From Convolutriloba macropyga (Eukaryota), in the NCBI RefSeq assembly GCF_964194025.1, contig NC_134468.1, forward strand, positions 37,944,001 through 38,008,000: a stretch of 64,000 bases of DNA, read 5' to 3'. Below are positions 39,180-52,671 of this stretch, piece after piece. The translations under genes were made by a program, and so were the position numbers. How positions within the stretch are numbered: the stretch's first letter is position 1; the number at the start of each line of letters is the position of its first letter. The notes under the pieces are model-generated. The model was not told the DNA's origin and did not search any database. It saw only the letters and a list, made by a program, of their open reading frames with translations.

Positions 39180-40654
39180 TTGACCTGAAAAAATATCTAT
39201 GGTTTTTACAAACCTTAGTTACTTTCCGCCTTAAGTCTGGTATTTAAAAAATGTGCCTACTAAGGCGAACAACTAATGCTCCTAATTCAAACTACTCATA
39301 AAATTACATTGACTAAAGTGGCTGTTCATTATCAGCTAGAGTCTTGTCAATTTAAAAATTACAATATTTTACACTGCTTTTTAAACTAGTTTACTCTACA
39401 CAATATTTACTAAAAATTTCAGATTTTTCAATACACAGAATCTCGCTAAATCGGATAATCGTTTTGTTCCGTCTCAAGCAGTGAAGGAAGGAACTTTGCG
39501 CTAGCCTGCTTTCATTTGTTCAGTAAATTTTGAGACCCCGAAATATTAGGAAATACTTGAGAGGTGGGCACCAGTAACGGAAAACAATGTAAACTTCCAA
39601 AAATGTCTCGATGATAAAAAAAAACAAGCTCTTTGTTTACTACTGGTTCCTCATATTCAATGATTTTGGTTGAAAAACTCATCAAAATTCCATTCAAAAT
39701 TGTTATCAGCGCAAATGTCTAACAAGGACGCTCGGTAATATGCGTTCGCACATAACGTTATGACCCCACTCATCCACTCATTAACTTAAGACCCCACTCA
39801 TTAACTTACGGGAAATATTTGGTTGAAAAAAAATGAAACCAAGATAATAAAAACAATTTTATCAAGTGAACACCCAATTTTGTCCCAAAAAATGAGATTC
39901 TGAATTCAAATTCTGTCCTATTCAAATCAAACTTTACAGACTTACTGTCTTTCAAGTACCATTGCTCGACAAGTATCTAGCTTTAGCTACCTCTATTTAC
40001 AATCAATTAGGTTCGCTCAATTCCTTTAGTCGAAACAATGCTGAACCTACAGCGTTCATTCTTTAATATTCTTCAGATGGGCGCGTCAGGAGATGGTCTT
40101 ACTTAAATCGCGTGAGACGATGATATAAGAAAATGAACAAAAAAGCATGAAACTTATCAAATTAAAATATTATATAGGTTCACTTAATATTATCCACACG
40201 CCAGTAATGGGATTAAGTAGTAAAACTGCACAAAGAACAACACGCAAAGCAAAACACGAAAGCTGAAAAAGTTTACAAAAACACAGAGTCAAAGCTATGA
40301 AAATCAAAAGCCATTAAATAAAAACATTACATAGGTTCTTTTGGTCTTAATTAGTTTTACTGTTTAACTAACAGGGTAGCGAAAAGAACCAGAGAAGGGA
40401 GCAACACTCAAAGTATAAAATATTTATTGCAACCAGATAGTGCCATAGTCCTAAAAAACTTATGCTGTCCATTGATCAATTCAAAAATTGTATATATACT
40501 AATAGAACAAACCTACCATTCTTTAGAAGCAATTGAAACAAATTGAGTAAAAAAGTGAAAACAGAAGTCAAATAGCCGCGCGTGAAAAAACTTCGCCCTG
40601 AAACCAATAGCTTATTCAAACACCAATTTCTTGCTTCACTTCAAAAAATTTGAA

Positions 40655-41158
40655 AACATAGCTGACAGATTGCCAGAAAGTAACAGCAATAGCTTCCTAG
40701 CTCTGCAGTCTCAAAAAGATGGAAAACAGACCAAAAGAGAAAGTTTTTTTAATGCTGAGCTGTTGTATTTTAAGAATATGTTTAATGTAATGTTGATTCT
40801 ATTAGCTGCCCTTAAATACCACTAATTTAAAGTGACATAATCATTTGACCTTATCTCTTTGAATTAAAGTAAAGAAAAGTCAATTTCAGAGTGAGGAAGT
40901 CATTTTTGACAGTGAAGTAAGTCACGTGCGACTAAAAATTTAATCACGCGGATGTACAAATAAAAACAAATAAAGACTCCACTAAGAGCGAAAAATGACG
41001 TCATGAACGTAATTCAGCTGAATGAACGAATGAAAAAAAAGTAGATCTGAAGTGGTTACTGTGACGTCCATATGGTCGTAACAAAAAACCTGTTGAAGAA
41101 ATAATAACAACCAAGAGAAGTCCAAAAATAGCCTCAGCTATCACTTTGCGGCTATTAA
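40655..41158 (-). mobile_element. HINE-like family B copy
   Basis: AAAACATAGCTGACAGATTGCCAG start; AATAGCC..GCGGCTATTAA end. Confidence 0.7.
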
Positions 41159-44100
41159 TTACTCCCTGTGTCTTTCAGTAACTATTCAGGCGGGAGTGAA
41201 ATCCTTACTTAAAATTTACTTCTCATTGAAATTAGAAATTTGAACAAATGTTTCAAAAAAAGCACAACTTTGATAAGACTACAAAAGACGCAAAAATAGA
41301 ACAAAATTAGGTAACATCTCTTCAAAATAGGAGAAAACTGAAAAAACAGCAGTTCCAAATCGCCTTGCTAGATGATAGAAGTTAAATTAACCCACCACGT
41401 AGTTTATGAATTCTGTTTGCGCAGATTTAAGTGAGTGCATTGGAAAAGTAGTAGCAGTTTCCGCTAAAAAAACAATTTGGTTCTGGTTGTCATGAGATAA
41501 ATTGTCAAGATAAATTATTAACAAAACACTTCAACCTCGATAACTCCCAGAAAATATTCTAAAAAGCTTTCAAAACAATCTACACTTGTTCTCATGATAC
41601 CACTCAACACTACAATAAAATATCGATGCGCCAAATTGACTGAACAAAAACAAACAGGTGAGCATACAATTTCAAGCTTAGTGAGTAAGAGATTCAAAGG
41701 ATTTCTGCTGAACGGCGAATCAATAATAACAACAAAAAAATGAGCTTAGAGGTAAAAATGAGGGGGTGTAGATTTGCCAGAACAAAATCGGGAAGGGAAG
41801 TAAGAACCGCCCTTAACACCGTGAATTTATGTCTCCTAAAAACAGATTCGGTGAATCGCCTACTTGAAGCTTTACCTGTTTATTGAGTTTCCAAGGACGA
41901 AAAGTCAAACAGTTAGAAGGAAAAACGATCAAACAAAAAACTGGTAATACGAAAAACAACATTAAAAAAGTTCAGCCGGACAAATGTAATTGCTACAAAC
42001 TTCGTTTGATCGCAATTAAGGACATCAAAAACAAAAGCAGAAATTAAAACTCATGTTTTTAACAAACCTAAAACTGAACAGAGCATTATAAATTTTAAAA
42101 GCTTCTCATTGTAATTTCGTTCAGGAACAATTGAAAATTAAACAAATCCTTCTTTAAAAAACTGAGCCTACGAAGATGTCATTGACACTAACAGCAGATG
42201 ACAAGTCACTGAGGGAGCAGAAAATAACATAGCTGGCAGATTGCCAGAAAAAAGCCGCAATAGATTCGTAGATCGGCAGTCTAAAAAAACAGTAAAAAAG
42301 ACAGACCAAAAAAATTCGTCTTTTCATTGAAGGCTGATATGTTATATTTTGATTAAAAATCAGTATAAGTTATAGCTGCCTCTATTAGCTGATCTCAAAT
42401 AACCTTCATTTAGAGTGACACACACCCATTTGACCTTATCTCTTTGAATTGAAGTAAATAAAAGTCAATTTCAAAGTGAGGAAGTCACTTTTGAGAGTGA
42501 GGTAAGTCAAGTGTGACCAAAAATTTAATCACACGCCTGACACTTAACAAAAAAACTCGCTCCACTAAGAGCGAAAAATGACGTCACACATGCAATTCAG
42601 TTAAAATTGCATGAACGAATGAACAAAAAGTGGCTGTGACGTCATATGGTCGTAACAAAAATCATGACGACTCGAAGAGGAGTATTGGTTTTCTTAAGGT
42701 TTTTTTTTTACCGGAAGTACTATTCGTTCAGACGATGTTTTGACCTAAAAGCGAAAGCGAGTAAAATTGCAGTGTGAACTAATTTTTTCTGAGCGAGAGA
42801 AGTTTTTTGATCATGCGCTGCGTTTAGTGGATGACTTTTGACATTGAAAAGTAGTTTTTGACTGAATGACACATATAGATAACCGTTTTTAGTCGTTTTT
42901 CGTCTAAGTGGCCTAGTTTTTTTGCTTGTAATTTGGTTTTTTGTAGAAATAATTTTTAATCGATGCTATGTTGAAATGTAAACCCCGGAAATTGATAGCA
43001 CAGTATTTTGCATAGCCTGAAATTGCGTTTCAAATGCGAAATTGGCACATATTTCTTGATTTTTTAGTTAATTTTTGGCTTTTTTTTCTATTAATTTCTT
43101 CATTTTTGGATCTTTTAGCTGTTTTTCGTCAAAAATCAGTTAATATGGCAACTTCCCTTTGATAATTCATATACTCAATGCCTCTTTCTACCTCGATGTA
43201 ATTTTGTTTCATAAAATTGTACATTTGCTAATCCGATTTTCGTAGTTTTTTGCCAATTTTTTTCAGTTTTTTGTTTGTATTTTGCTTTTAATTACTAGAA
43301 ATAGTATTTTGGGGAACATGAGGGACTTTAATTTCGTTTCAATAAAAATTCAATCTTTTTTGGTGTTAAGTTTTTGAAAAAACAGATAAATTTTTTTCAT
43401 AAATGCAGTCTTAAATATTTTTTGACCACTTTTTTGCAAAATGTTTCATTGTTTCGTATGTCTGAATTCTGCTTTTTTTTTGTTTTATTCTGTTCAGCAA
43501 ATTGGATTTTTGTCTTGAATGACTCGTTGTCTTTTCTATGTCTCGAATGCTGATCAATGAAATGTACTCGTTTTTCTTGATTTTTTTAAATTTGATTTTT
43601 AACTTTCAAAAATCAAGAATTGGTCTTTTTGTTACGGTGTTCCTAAGATTGTGTCCATATTCTTCACATTCTCGTTTGACAATTGCAAACCGAAGAAACC
43701 AAGATCTACGAAAAAGCTGAATTCATTCACTTTTTTAACAACTGAAAAAATCAATATAACGAATACAAAAGTAGGTGCCAAAACAAAACTAGAATTACTC
43801 AAACGAGAATGTGAAGAATATGGACACAATCTTAGGAACACCGTAACAAAAAGACCAATTCTTGATTTTTGAAAGTTAAAAATCAAATTTAAAAAAATCA
43901 AGAAAAACGAGTACATTTCATTGATCAGCATTCGAGACATAGAAAAGACAACGAGTCATTCAAGACAAAAATCCAATTTGCTGAACAGAATAAAACAAAA
44001 AAAAGCAGAATTCAGACATACGAAACAATGAAACATTTCGACTTATTACTATTCATTGCATTTTTCTTCCGGGCTTGGTATTGTTTTTAGACGATTGTTT

Positions 44101-47100
44101 GCCTTTGAATATTATTCTGTTGCTTTTGTATGATTAATTTAATTTTTGAATTAGTATGAAATCATGTTGTCTAGCATATATACAACAAGGATGAATCATG
44201 TATTATTTTTGTCTTAATTGCCGTGATTAGAAATCTAATTGTAGTGGTTCCCTGATTCTTAAGTTTGAGCACTCTTTTTTGAATAATTTTGACTTTCCTG
44301 TCTTTTTTGAAAAGTTTTTATCTGCCGTTTGCTTTCGCGATCTTTTTGAGATTAGAATCATTAATTATCTGAGGGCAATTGATGGCCCTGTTAGCTTTGT
44401 CAGGCTATCAGTTTTTTGACCATCCTAAAAATTTCAGACTTTTTTAACGTTACCAAACGTTTTCAATAATAAAATTTTGCTGCATTTTCTCTTGGTGACA
44501 GTGGTTTAAATTTCACCGATTTTTAGATCAGACCCGCGGAGATAATGAGTTAATGGTTTAATACAAAAGGTAATAGCTTCAGCTTTTTGTGAAGTTTTGG
44601 TGCTTCGAGTCGCTTCCGGAAATCTTCCGGCTATGTAATAAAGACTCCACTAAGAGCGAAAAATGACGTCATGAACGTAATTCAGCTGAATGAACGAATG
44701 AAAAAAAAGTAGATCTGAAGTGGTTACTGTGACGTCCATATGGTCGTAACAAAACCTGTTGAAGAAATAATAACAACCAAGAGAAGTCCAAAAATAGCCT
44801 CAGCTATCACTTTGCGGCTATTAATTACTCCCTGTGTCTTTCAGTAACTATTCAGGCGGGAGTGAAATCCTTACTTAAAATTTACTTCTCATTGAAATTA
44901 GAAATTTGAACAAATGTTTCAAAAAAAGCACAACTTTGATAAGACTACAAAAGACGCAAAAATAGAACAAAATTAGGTAACATCTCCTCAAAATAGGAGA
45001 AAACTGAAAAAACAGCAGTTCCAAATCGCCTTGCTAGATGATAGAAGTTAAATTAACCCTCCACGTAGTTTATGAATTCTGTTTGCGCAGATTTAAGTGA
45101 GTGCATTGGAAAAGTAGTAGCAGTTTCCGCTAAAAAAAACAATTTGGTTCTGGTTGTCATGAGATAAATTGTCAAGATAAATTATTAACAAAATACTTCA
45201 ACCTCGATAACTCCCAGAAAATATTCTAAAAAGCTTTCAAAACATTCTACACTTGTTCTCATGATACCACTCAACACTACAATAAAATATCGATGCGCCA
45301 AATTGACTGAACAAAAACAAACAGGTGAGCATACAATTTCAAGCTTAGTGAGTAAGAGATTCAAAGGATTTCTGCTGAACGGCGAATCAATAATAACAAC
45401 AAAAAAATGAGCTTAGAGGTAAAAATGAGGGGGTGTAGATTTGCCAGAACAAAATCGGGAAGGGAAGTAAGAACCGCCCTTAACACCGTGAATTTATGTC
45501 TCCTAAAAACAGATTCGGTGAATCGCCTACTTGAAGCTTTACCTGTTTATTGAGTTTCCAAGGACGAAAAGTCAAACAGTTAGAAGGAAAAACGATCAAA
45601 CAAAAAACTGGTAATACGAAAAACAACATTAAAAAAGTTCAGCCGGACAAATGTAATTGCTACAAACTTCGTTTGATCGCAATTAAGGACATCAAAAACA
45701 AAAGCAGAAATTAAAACTCATGTTTTTAACAAACCTAAAACTGAACAGAGCATTATAACTTTTAAAAGCTTCTCATTGTAATTTCGTTCAGGAACAATTG
45801 AAAATTAAACAAATCCTTCTTTAAAAAACTGAGCCTACGAAGATGTCATTGACACTAACAGCAGATGACAAGTCACTGAGGGAGCAGAAAATAACATAGC
45901 TGGCAGATTGCCAGAAAAAAGCCGCAATAGATTCGTAGATCGGCAGTCTAAAAAAACAGTAAAAAAGACAGACCAAAAAAATTCGTCTTTTCATTGAAGG
46001 CTGATATGTTATATTTTGATTAAAAATCTGTATAAGTTATTGCTGCCTCTATTAGCTGATCTCAAATAACCTTCATTTAGAGTGACACACACCCATTTGA
46101 CCTTATCTCTTTGAATTGAAGTAAATAAAAGTCAATTTCAAAGTGAGGAAGTCATTTTTGAGAGTGAGGTAAGTCAAGTGTGACCAAAAATTTAATCACA
46201 CGCCTGACACTTAACAAAAAAACTCGCTCCACTAAGAGCGAAAAATGACGTCACACATGCAATTCAGTTAAAATTGCATGAACGAATGAACAAAAAGTGG
46301 CTGTGACGTCATATGGTCGTAACAAAAATCATGACGACTCGAAGAGGAGTATTGGTTTTCTTAAGGTTTTTTTTTTTACCGGAAGTACTATTCGTTCAGA
46401 CGATGTTTTGACCTAAAAGCGAAAGCGAGTAAAATTGCAGTGTGAACTAATTTTTTCTGAGCGAGAGAAGTTTTTTGATCATGCGCTGCGTTTAGTGGAT
46501 GACTTTTGACATTGAAAAGTAGTTTTTGACTGAATGACACATATAGATAACCGTTTTTAGTCGTTTTTCGTCTAAGTGGCCTAGTTTTTTTGCTTGTAAT
46601 TTGGTTTTTTGTAGAAATAATTTTTAATCGATGCTATGTTGAAATGTAAACCCCGGAAATTGATAGCACAGTATTTTGCATAGCCTGAAATTGCGTTTCA
46701 AATGCGAAATTGGCACATATTTCTTGATTTTTTAGTTAATTTTTGGCTTTTTATTCTATTAATTTCTTCATTTTTGGATCTTTTAGCTGTTTTTTGTCAA
46801 AAATCAGTTAATATGACAACTTCCCTTTGATAATTCATATACTCAATGCCTCTTTCTACCTCGATGTAATTTTGTTTCATAAAATTGTACATTTGCTAAT
46901 CCGATTTTCGTAGTTTTTTGCCAATTTTTTTCAGTTTTTTGTTTGTATTTTGCTTTTAATTACTAGAAATAGTATTTTGGGGAACATGAGGGACTTTAAT
47001 TTCGTTTCAATAAAAATTCAATCTTTTTTGGTGTTAAGTTTTTGAAAAAACAGATAAATTTTTTTCATAAATGCAGTCTTAAATATTTTTTGACCACTTT

Positions 47101-50011
47101 TTTGCAAAATGTTTCATTGTTTCGTATGTCTGAATTCTGCTTTTTTTTTGTTTTATTCTGTTCAGCAAATTGGATTTTTGTCTTGAATGACTCGTTGTCT
47201 TTTCTATGTCTCGAATGCTGATCAATGAAATGTACTCGTTTTTCTTGATTTTTTTAAATTTGATTTTTAACTTTCAAAAATCAAGAATTGGTCTTTTTGT
47301 TACGGTGTTCCTAAGATTGTGTCCATATTCTTCACATTCTCGTTTGACAATTGCAAACCGAAGAAACCAAGATCTACGAAAAAGCTGAATTCATTCACTT
47401 TTTTAACAACTGAAAAAATCAATATAACGAATACAAAAGTAGGTGCCAAAACAAAACTAGAATTACTCAAACGAGAATGTGAAGAATATGGACACAATCT
47501 TAGGAACACCGTAACAAAAAGACCAATTCTTGATTTTTGAAAGTTAAAAATCAAATTTAAAAAAATCAAGAAAAACGAGTACATTTCATTGATCAGCATT
47601 CGAGACATAGAAAAGACAACGAGTCATTCAAGACAAAAATCCAATTTGCTGAACAGAATAAAACAAAAAAAAGCAGAATTCAGACATACGAAACAATGAA
47701 ACATTTCGACTTATTACTATTCATTGCATTTTTCTTCCGGGCTTGGTATTGTTTTTAGACGATTGTTTGCCTTTGAATATTATTCTGTTGCTTTTGTTTT
47801 TGTATGATTAATTTAATTTTTGAATTAGTATGAAATCATGTTGTCTAGCATATATACAACAAGGATGAATCATGTATTATTTTTGTCTTAATTGCCGTGA
47901 TTAGAAATCTAATTGTAGTGGTTCCCTGATTCTTAAGTTTGAGCACTCTTTTTTGAATAATTTTGACTTTCCTGTCTTTTTTGAAAAGTTTTTATCTGCC
48001 GTTTGCTTTCGCGATCTTTTTGAGATTAGAATCATTAATTATCTGAGGGCAATTGATGGCCCTGTTAGCTTTGTCAGGCTATCAGTTTTTTGACCATCCT
48101 AAAAATTTCAGACTTTTTTAACGTTACCAAACGTTTTCAATAATAAAATTTTGCTGCATTTTCTCTTGGTGACAGTGGTTTAAATTTCACCGATTTTTAG
48201 ATCAGACCCGCGGAGATAATGAGTTAATGGTTTAATACAAAAGGTAATAGCTTCAGCTTTTTGTGAAGTTTTGGTGCTTCGAGTCGCTTCCGGAAATCTT
48301 CCGGCTATGTAATAAAGACTCCACTAAGAGCGAAAAATGACGTCATGAACGTAATTCAGCTGAATGAACGAATGAAAAAAAAGTAGATCTGAAGTGGTTA
48401 CTGTGACGTCCATATGGTCGTAACAAAACCTGTTGAAGAAATAATAACAACCAAGAGAAGTCCAAAAATAGCCTCAGCTATCACTTTGCGGCTATTAATT
48501 ACTCCCTGTGTCTTTCAGTAACTATTCAGGCGGGAGTGAAATCCTTACTTAAAATTTACTTCTCATTGAAATTAGAAATTTGAACAAATGTTTCAAAAAA
48601 AGCACAACTTTGATAAGACTACAAAAGACGCAAAAATAGAACAAAATTAGGTAACATCTCCTCAAAATAGGAGAAAACTGAAAAAACAGCAGTTCCAAAT
48701 CGCCTTGCTAGATGATAGAAGTTAAATTAACCCTCCACGTAGTTTATGAATTCTGTTTGCGCAGATTTAAGTGAGTGCATTGGAAAAGTAGTAGCAGTTT
48801 CCGCTAAAAAAAACAATTTGGTTCTGGTTGTCATGAGATAAATTGTCAAGATAAATTATTAACAAAATACTTCAACCTCGATAACTCCCAGAAAATATTC
48901 TAAAAAGCTTTCAAAACATTCTACACTTGTTCTCATGATACCACTCAACACTACAATAAAATATCGATGCGCCAAATTGACTGAACAAAAACAAACAGGT
49001 GAGCATACAATTTCAAGCTTAGTGAGTAAGAGATTCAAAGGATTTCTGCTGAACGGCGAATCAATAATAACAACAAAAAAATGAGCTTAGAGGTAAAAAT
49101 GAGGGGGTGTAGATTTGCCAGAACAAAATCGGGAAGGGAAGTAAGAACCGCCCTTAACACCGTGAATTTATGTCTCCTAAAAACAGATTCGGTGAATCGC
49201 CTACTTGAAGCTTTACCTGTTTATTGAGTTTCCAAGGACGAAAAGTCAAACAGTTAGAAGGAAAAACGATCAAACAAAAAACTGGTAATACGAAAAACAA
49301 CATTAAAAAAGTTCAGCCGGACAAATGTAATTGCTACAAACTTCGTTTGATCGCAATTAAGGACATCAAAAACAAAAGCAGAAATTAAAACTCATGTTTT
49401 TAACAAACCTAAAACTGAACAGAGCATTATAACTTTTAAAAGCTTCTCATTGTAATTTCGTTCAGGAACAATTGAAAATTAAACAAATCCTTCTTTAAAA
49501 AACTGAGCCTACGAAGATGTCATTGACACTAACAGCAGATGACAAGTCACTGAGGGAGCAGAAAATAACATAGCTGGCAGATTGCCAGAAAAAAGCCGCA
49601 ATAGATTCGTAGATCGGCAGTCTAAAAAAACAGTAAAAAAGACAGACCAAAAAAATTCGTCTTTTCATTGAAGGCTGATATGTTATATTTTGATTAAAAA
49701 TCAGTATAAGTTATAGCTGCCTCTATTAGCTGATCTCAAATAACCTTCATTTAGAGTGACACACACCCATTTGACCTTATCTCTTTGAATTGAAGTAAAT
49801 AAAAGTCAATTTCAAAGTGAGGAAGTCACTTTTGAGAGTGAGGTAAGTCAAGTGTGACCAAAAATTTAATCACACGCCTGACACTTAACAAAAAAACTCG
49901 CTCCACTAAGAGCGAAAAATGACGTCACACATGCAATTCAGTTAAAATTGCATGAACGAATGAACAAAAAGTGGCTGTGACGTCATATGGTCGTAACAAA
50001 AATCATGACGA
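40970..50011. repeat. Near-identical tandem duplication, unit 3668/3674 bp, ~2.5 copies
   Basis: AAGACTCCACTAAGAGCG at 40973, 44641 and 48315; identical ORFs offset by 3668. Confidence 0.95.
43439..44038. repeat. Palindrome, ~240-bp arms with 119-nt loop (second copy ~47107-47706)
   Basis: 43439-43679 is the reverse complement of 43799-44038; the same peptide appears on both strands in the ORF track. Confidence 0.92.
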
Positions 50012-51867
50012 AATAAAAAACATAGCCGGAAGATTTCCCGAAGCGACTCGAAGCACCAAAACTTCACAAAAAGCTGAATCTATTACCTTTTGTATTAAAC
50101 CATTAACTCATTATCTCCGCGGGTCTGATCTAAAAATCGGTGAAATTTAAACCACTGTCACCAAGAGAAAATGCAGCAAAATTTTATTATTGAAAACGTT
50201 TGGTAACGTTAAAAAAGTCTGAAATTTTTAGGATGGTCAAAAAACTGATAGCCTGACAAAGCTAACAGGGCCATCAATTGCCCTCAGATAATTAATGATT
50301 CTAATCTCAAAAAGATCGCGAAAGCAAACGGCAGATAAAAACTTTTCAAAAAAGACAGGAAAGTCAAAATTATTCAAAAAAGAGTGCTCAAACTTAAGAA
50401 TCAGAGAACCACTACAATTAGATTTCTAATCACGGCAATTAAGACAAAAATAATACATGATTCATCCTTGTTGTATATATGCTAGACAACATGATTTCAT
50501 ACTAATTCAAAAATTAAATTAATCATACAAAAACAAAAGCAACAGAATAATATTCAAAGGCAAACAATCGTCTAAAAACAATACCAAGCCCGGAAGAAAA
50601 ATGCAATGAATAGTAATAAGTCGAAATGTTGGAAAAGACTTTCTAGCAAACTCCCAGTACTGCCTTATTTTGAATTAAATCAATTGCAAACCGAAGAAAC
50701 CAAGATCTAAGAAAAAGCTGAATTCATTCACTTTTTTAACAACTGAAAAAATCAATATAACGAATACAAAAGTAGGTGCCAAAACAAAACTAGAATTACT
50801 CAAACGAGAATGTGAAGAATATGGACACAATCTTAGGAACACCGTAACAAAAAGACCAATTCTTGATTTTTGAAAGTTAAAAATCAAATTTAAAAAAATC
50901 AATAAAAACGAGTACATTTCATTGATCAGCATTCGAGACATAGAAAAGACAACGAGTCATTCAAGACAAAAATCCAATTTGCTGAACAGAATAAAACAAA
51001 AAAAAGCAGAATTCAGACATACGAAACAATGAACCATTTTGCAAAAAAGTGGTCAAAAAATATTTAAGACTGCATTTATGAAAAAAATTTATCTGTTTTT
51101 TCAAAAACTTAACACCAAAAAAGATTGAATTTTTATTGAAACGAAATTAAAGTCCCTCATGTTCCCCAAAATACTATTTCTAGTAATTAAAAGCAAAATA
51201 CAAACAAAAAACTGAAAAAAATTGGCAAAAAACTACGAAAATCGGATTAGCAAATGTACAATTTTATGAAACAAAATTACATCGAGGTAGAAAGAGGCAT
51301 TGAGTATATGAATTATCAAAGGGAAGTTGCCATATTAACTGATTTTTGACAAAAAACAGCTAAAAGATCCAAAAATGAAGAAATTAATAGAAAAAAAAAG
51401 CCAAAAATTAACTAAAAAATCAAGAAATATGTGCCAATTTCGCATTTGAAACGCAATTTCAGGCTATGCAAAATACTGTGCTATCAATTTCCGGGGTTTA
51501 CATTTCCACATAGCATCGATTAAAAATTATTTCTACAAAAAACCAAATTACAAGCAAAAAAACTAGGCCACTTAGACGAAAAACGACTAAAAACGGTTAT
51601 CTATATGTGTCATTCAGTCAAAAACTACTTTTCAATGTCAAAAGTCATCCACTAAACGCAGCGCATGATCAAAAAACTTCTCTCGCTCAGAAAAAATTAG
51701 TTCACACTGCAATTTTACTCGCTTTCGCTTTTAGGTCAAAACATCGTCTGAACGAATAGTACTTCCGGTAAAAAAAAAAACCTTAAGAAAACCAATACTC
51801 CTCTTCGAGTCGTAAAAAAACCAAGAGAAGGCCAATAATAGCCCCAGCTATCGCTGTGCGGCTATTA
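49567..51867 (-). mobile_element. HINE-like family B copy interrupted by a family E element
   Basis: CTGGCA-GAT-TGCCAG hairpin at left; the body stops at an A-run (~50015) and resumes at 51814 with CCAAGAGAAGGCCAATAATAGCCCC. Confidence 0.75.
50019..51813 (-). mobile_element. HINE-like family E element (~1.8 kb, non-coding)
   Basis: ACATAGCCGGAAGATTTCC(C/G)G hairpin and CGACTCGAAG ... CTTCGAGTCG subTIRs; inserted in an A/T run with no distinct target-site duplication. Confidence 0.75.
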
Positions 51868-51963
51868 GTAAAAGATCGATACCGAACAAGGCGTTCCTGA
51901 GAACTAAATCTTGAGAACTACAAAACACTTCAAAAAACAACCTCATTTCTGACAATCTACATT

Positions 51964-52671
51964 TTAGAAATCCATAAATTGTTGTCTTGTAGCATTTGGT
52001 GGACCCCGGTTTCTCCTGGGCGAGTTATCTTCGTCTCTCGGCTGGAATCTGTTGCTTCTGCCTGCTCTTCCTGATTCCGTTTGCAGATCATGCGCCGCTA
52101 AATGGAGAATTTCACTGGGATCTCTTAACTTCTTCCTATCATCTGATTTCCGCCTTCGGGTAAATAGGTTTCTGTCATTTGGTTCGTCGTATCGTCTATC
52201 GTAGTTCCTCCGATTGATCAATGACGCACCTGCCCACGGTTTCTCACCGGGGGTTAGAATCTGATCCTGTTTTGGATGATCCGAGACCTCGTACTGGAAA
52301 GTGTCGTAATGTTTTAACACGTCATTCAGATCCCGTTTTAGCCTGTGCTCGTAGCTAACATAGTCCTCTTGCAGTTCTCGAATTCTTCGCTGCAGCTGGT
52401 TGATGTAGTTCATAGTCTTTCGTTTGTGATTCTCAATCTGCTGCTGAAATACATGTTCAGTTGCATGTCGTATTCCACCTAGACTATCGTATTGTTTGTT
52501 GTTAAGAACCGGAAGCATTCCATCGTTAGGGTCATATGTCATTGTTTCTGGCCGAAGCGGCACGTTGTCCAACACTTGAGCTGTGGTAAGCTGCTTGACA
52601 GCATTTGCATATCCTCGTTCAGTTTGTATTGGGTTGTCATGCATGTACAGATACTGGAGATTCGTCAGAGC
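51964..52671 (-). CDS. LRR protein exon 3 (LRRcap, coiled coil, Arg/Asp-rich tail)
   Basis: Acceptor gtttttcag|GCT; ALTNLQYLYMHDNPI...Y..AV..LTTAQVLD is LRRcap-like. The three exons total 1857 nt = 618 aa. Confidence 0.88.
   Translation of the reverse strand, partial: ALTNLQYLYMHDNPIQTERGYANAVKQLTTAQVLDNVPLRPETMTYDPNDGMLPVLNNKQYDSLGGIRHATEHVFQQQIENHKRKTMNYINQLQRRIRELQEDYVSYEHRLKRDLNDVLKHYDTFQYEVSDHPKQDQILTPGEKPWAGASLINRRNYDRRYDEPNDRNLFTRRRKSDDRKKLRDPSEILHLAAHDLQTESGRAGRSNRFQPRDEDNSPRRNRGPPNATRQQFMDF

Noticed and set aside
43538-50941. Repeated ORFs MSRMLINEMYSFF... on both strands
   Set aside because: By-products of the palindrome and duplication of a non-coding AT-rich element; no domain or splice support.
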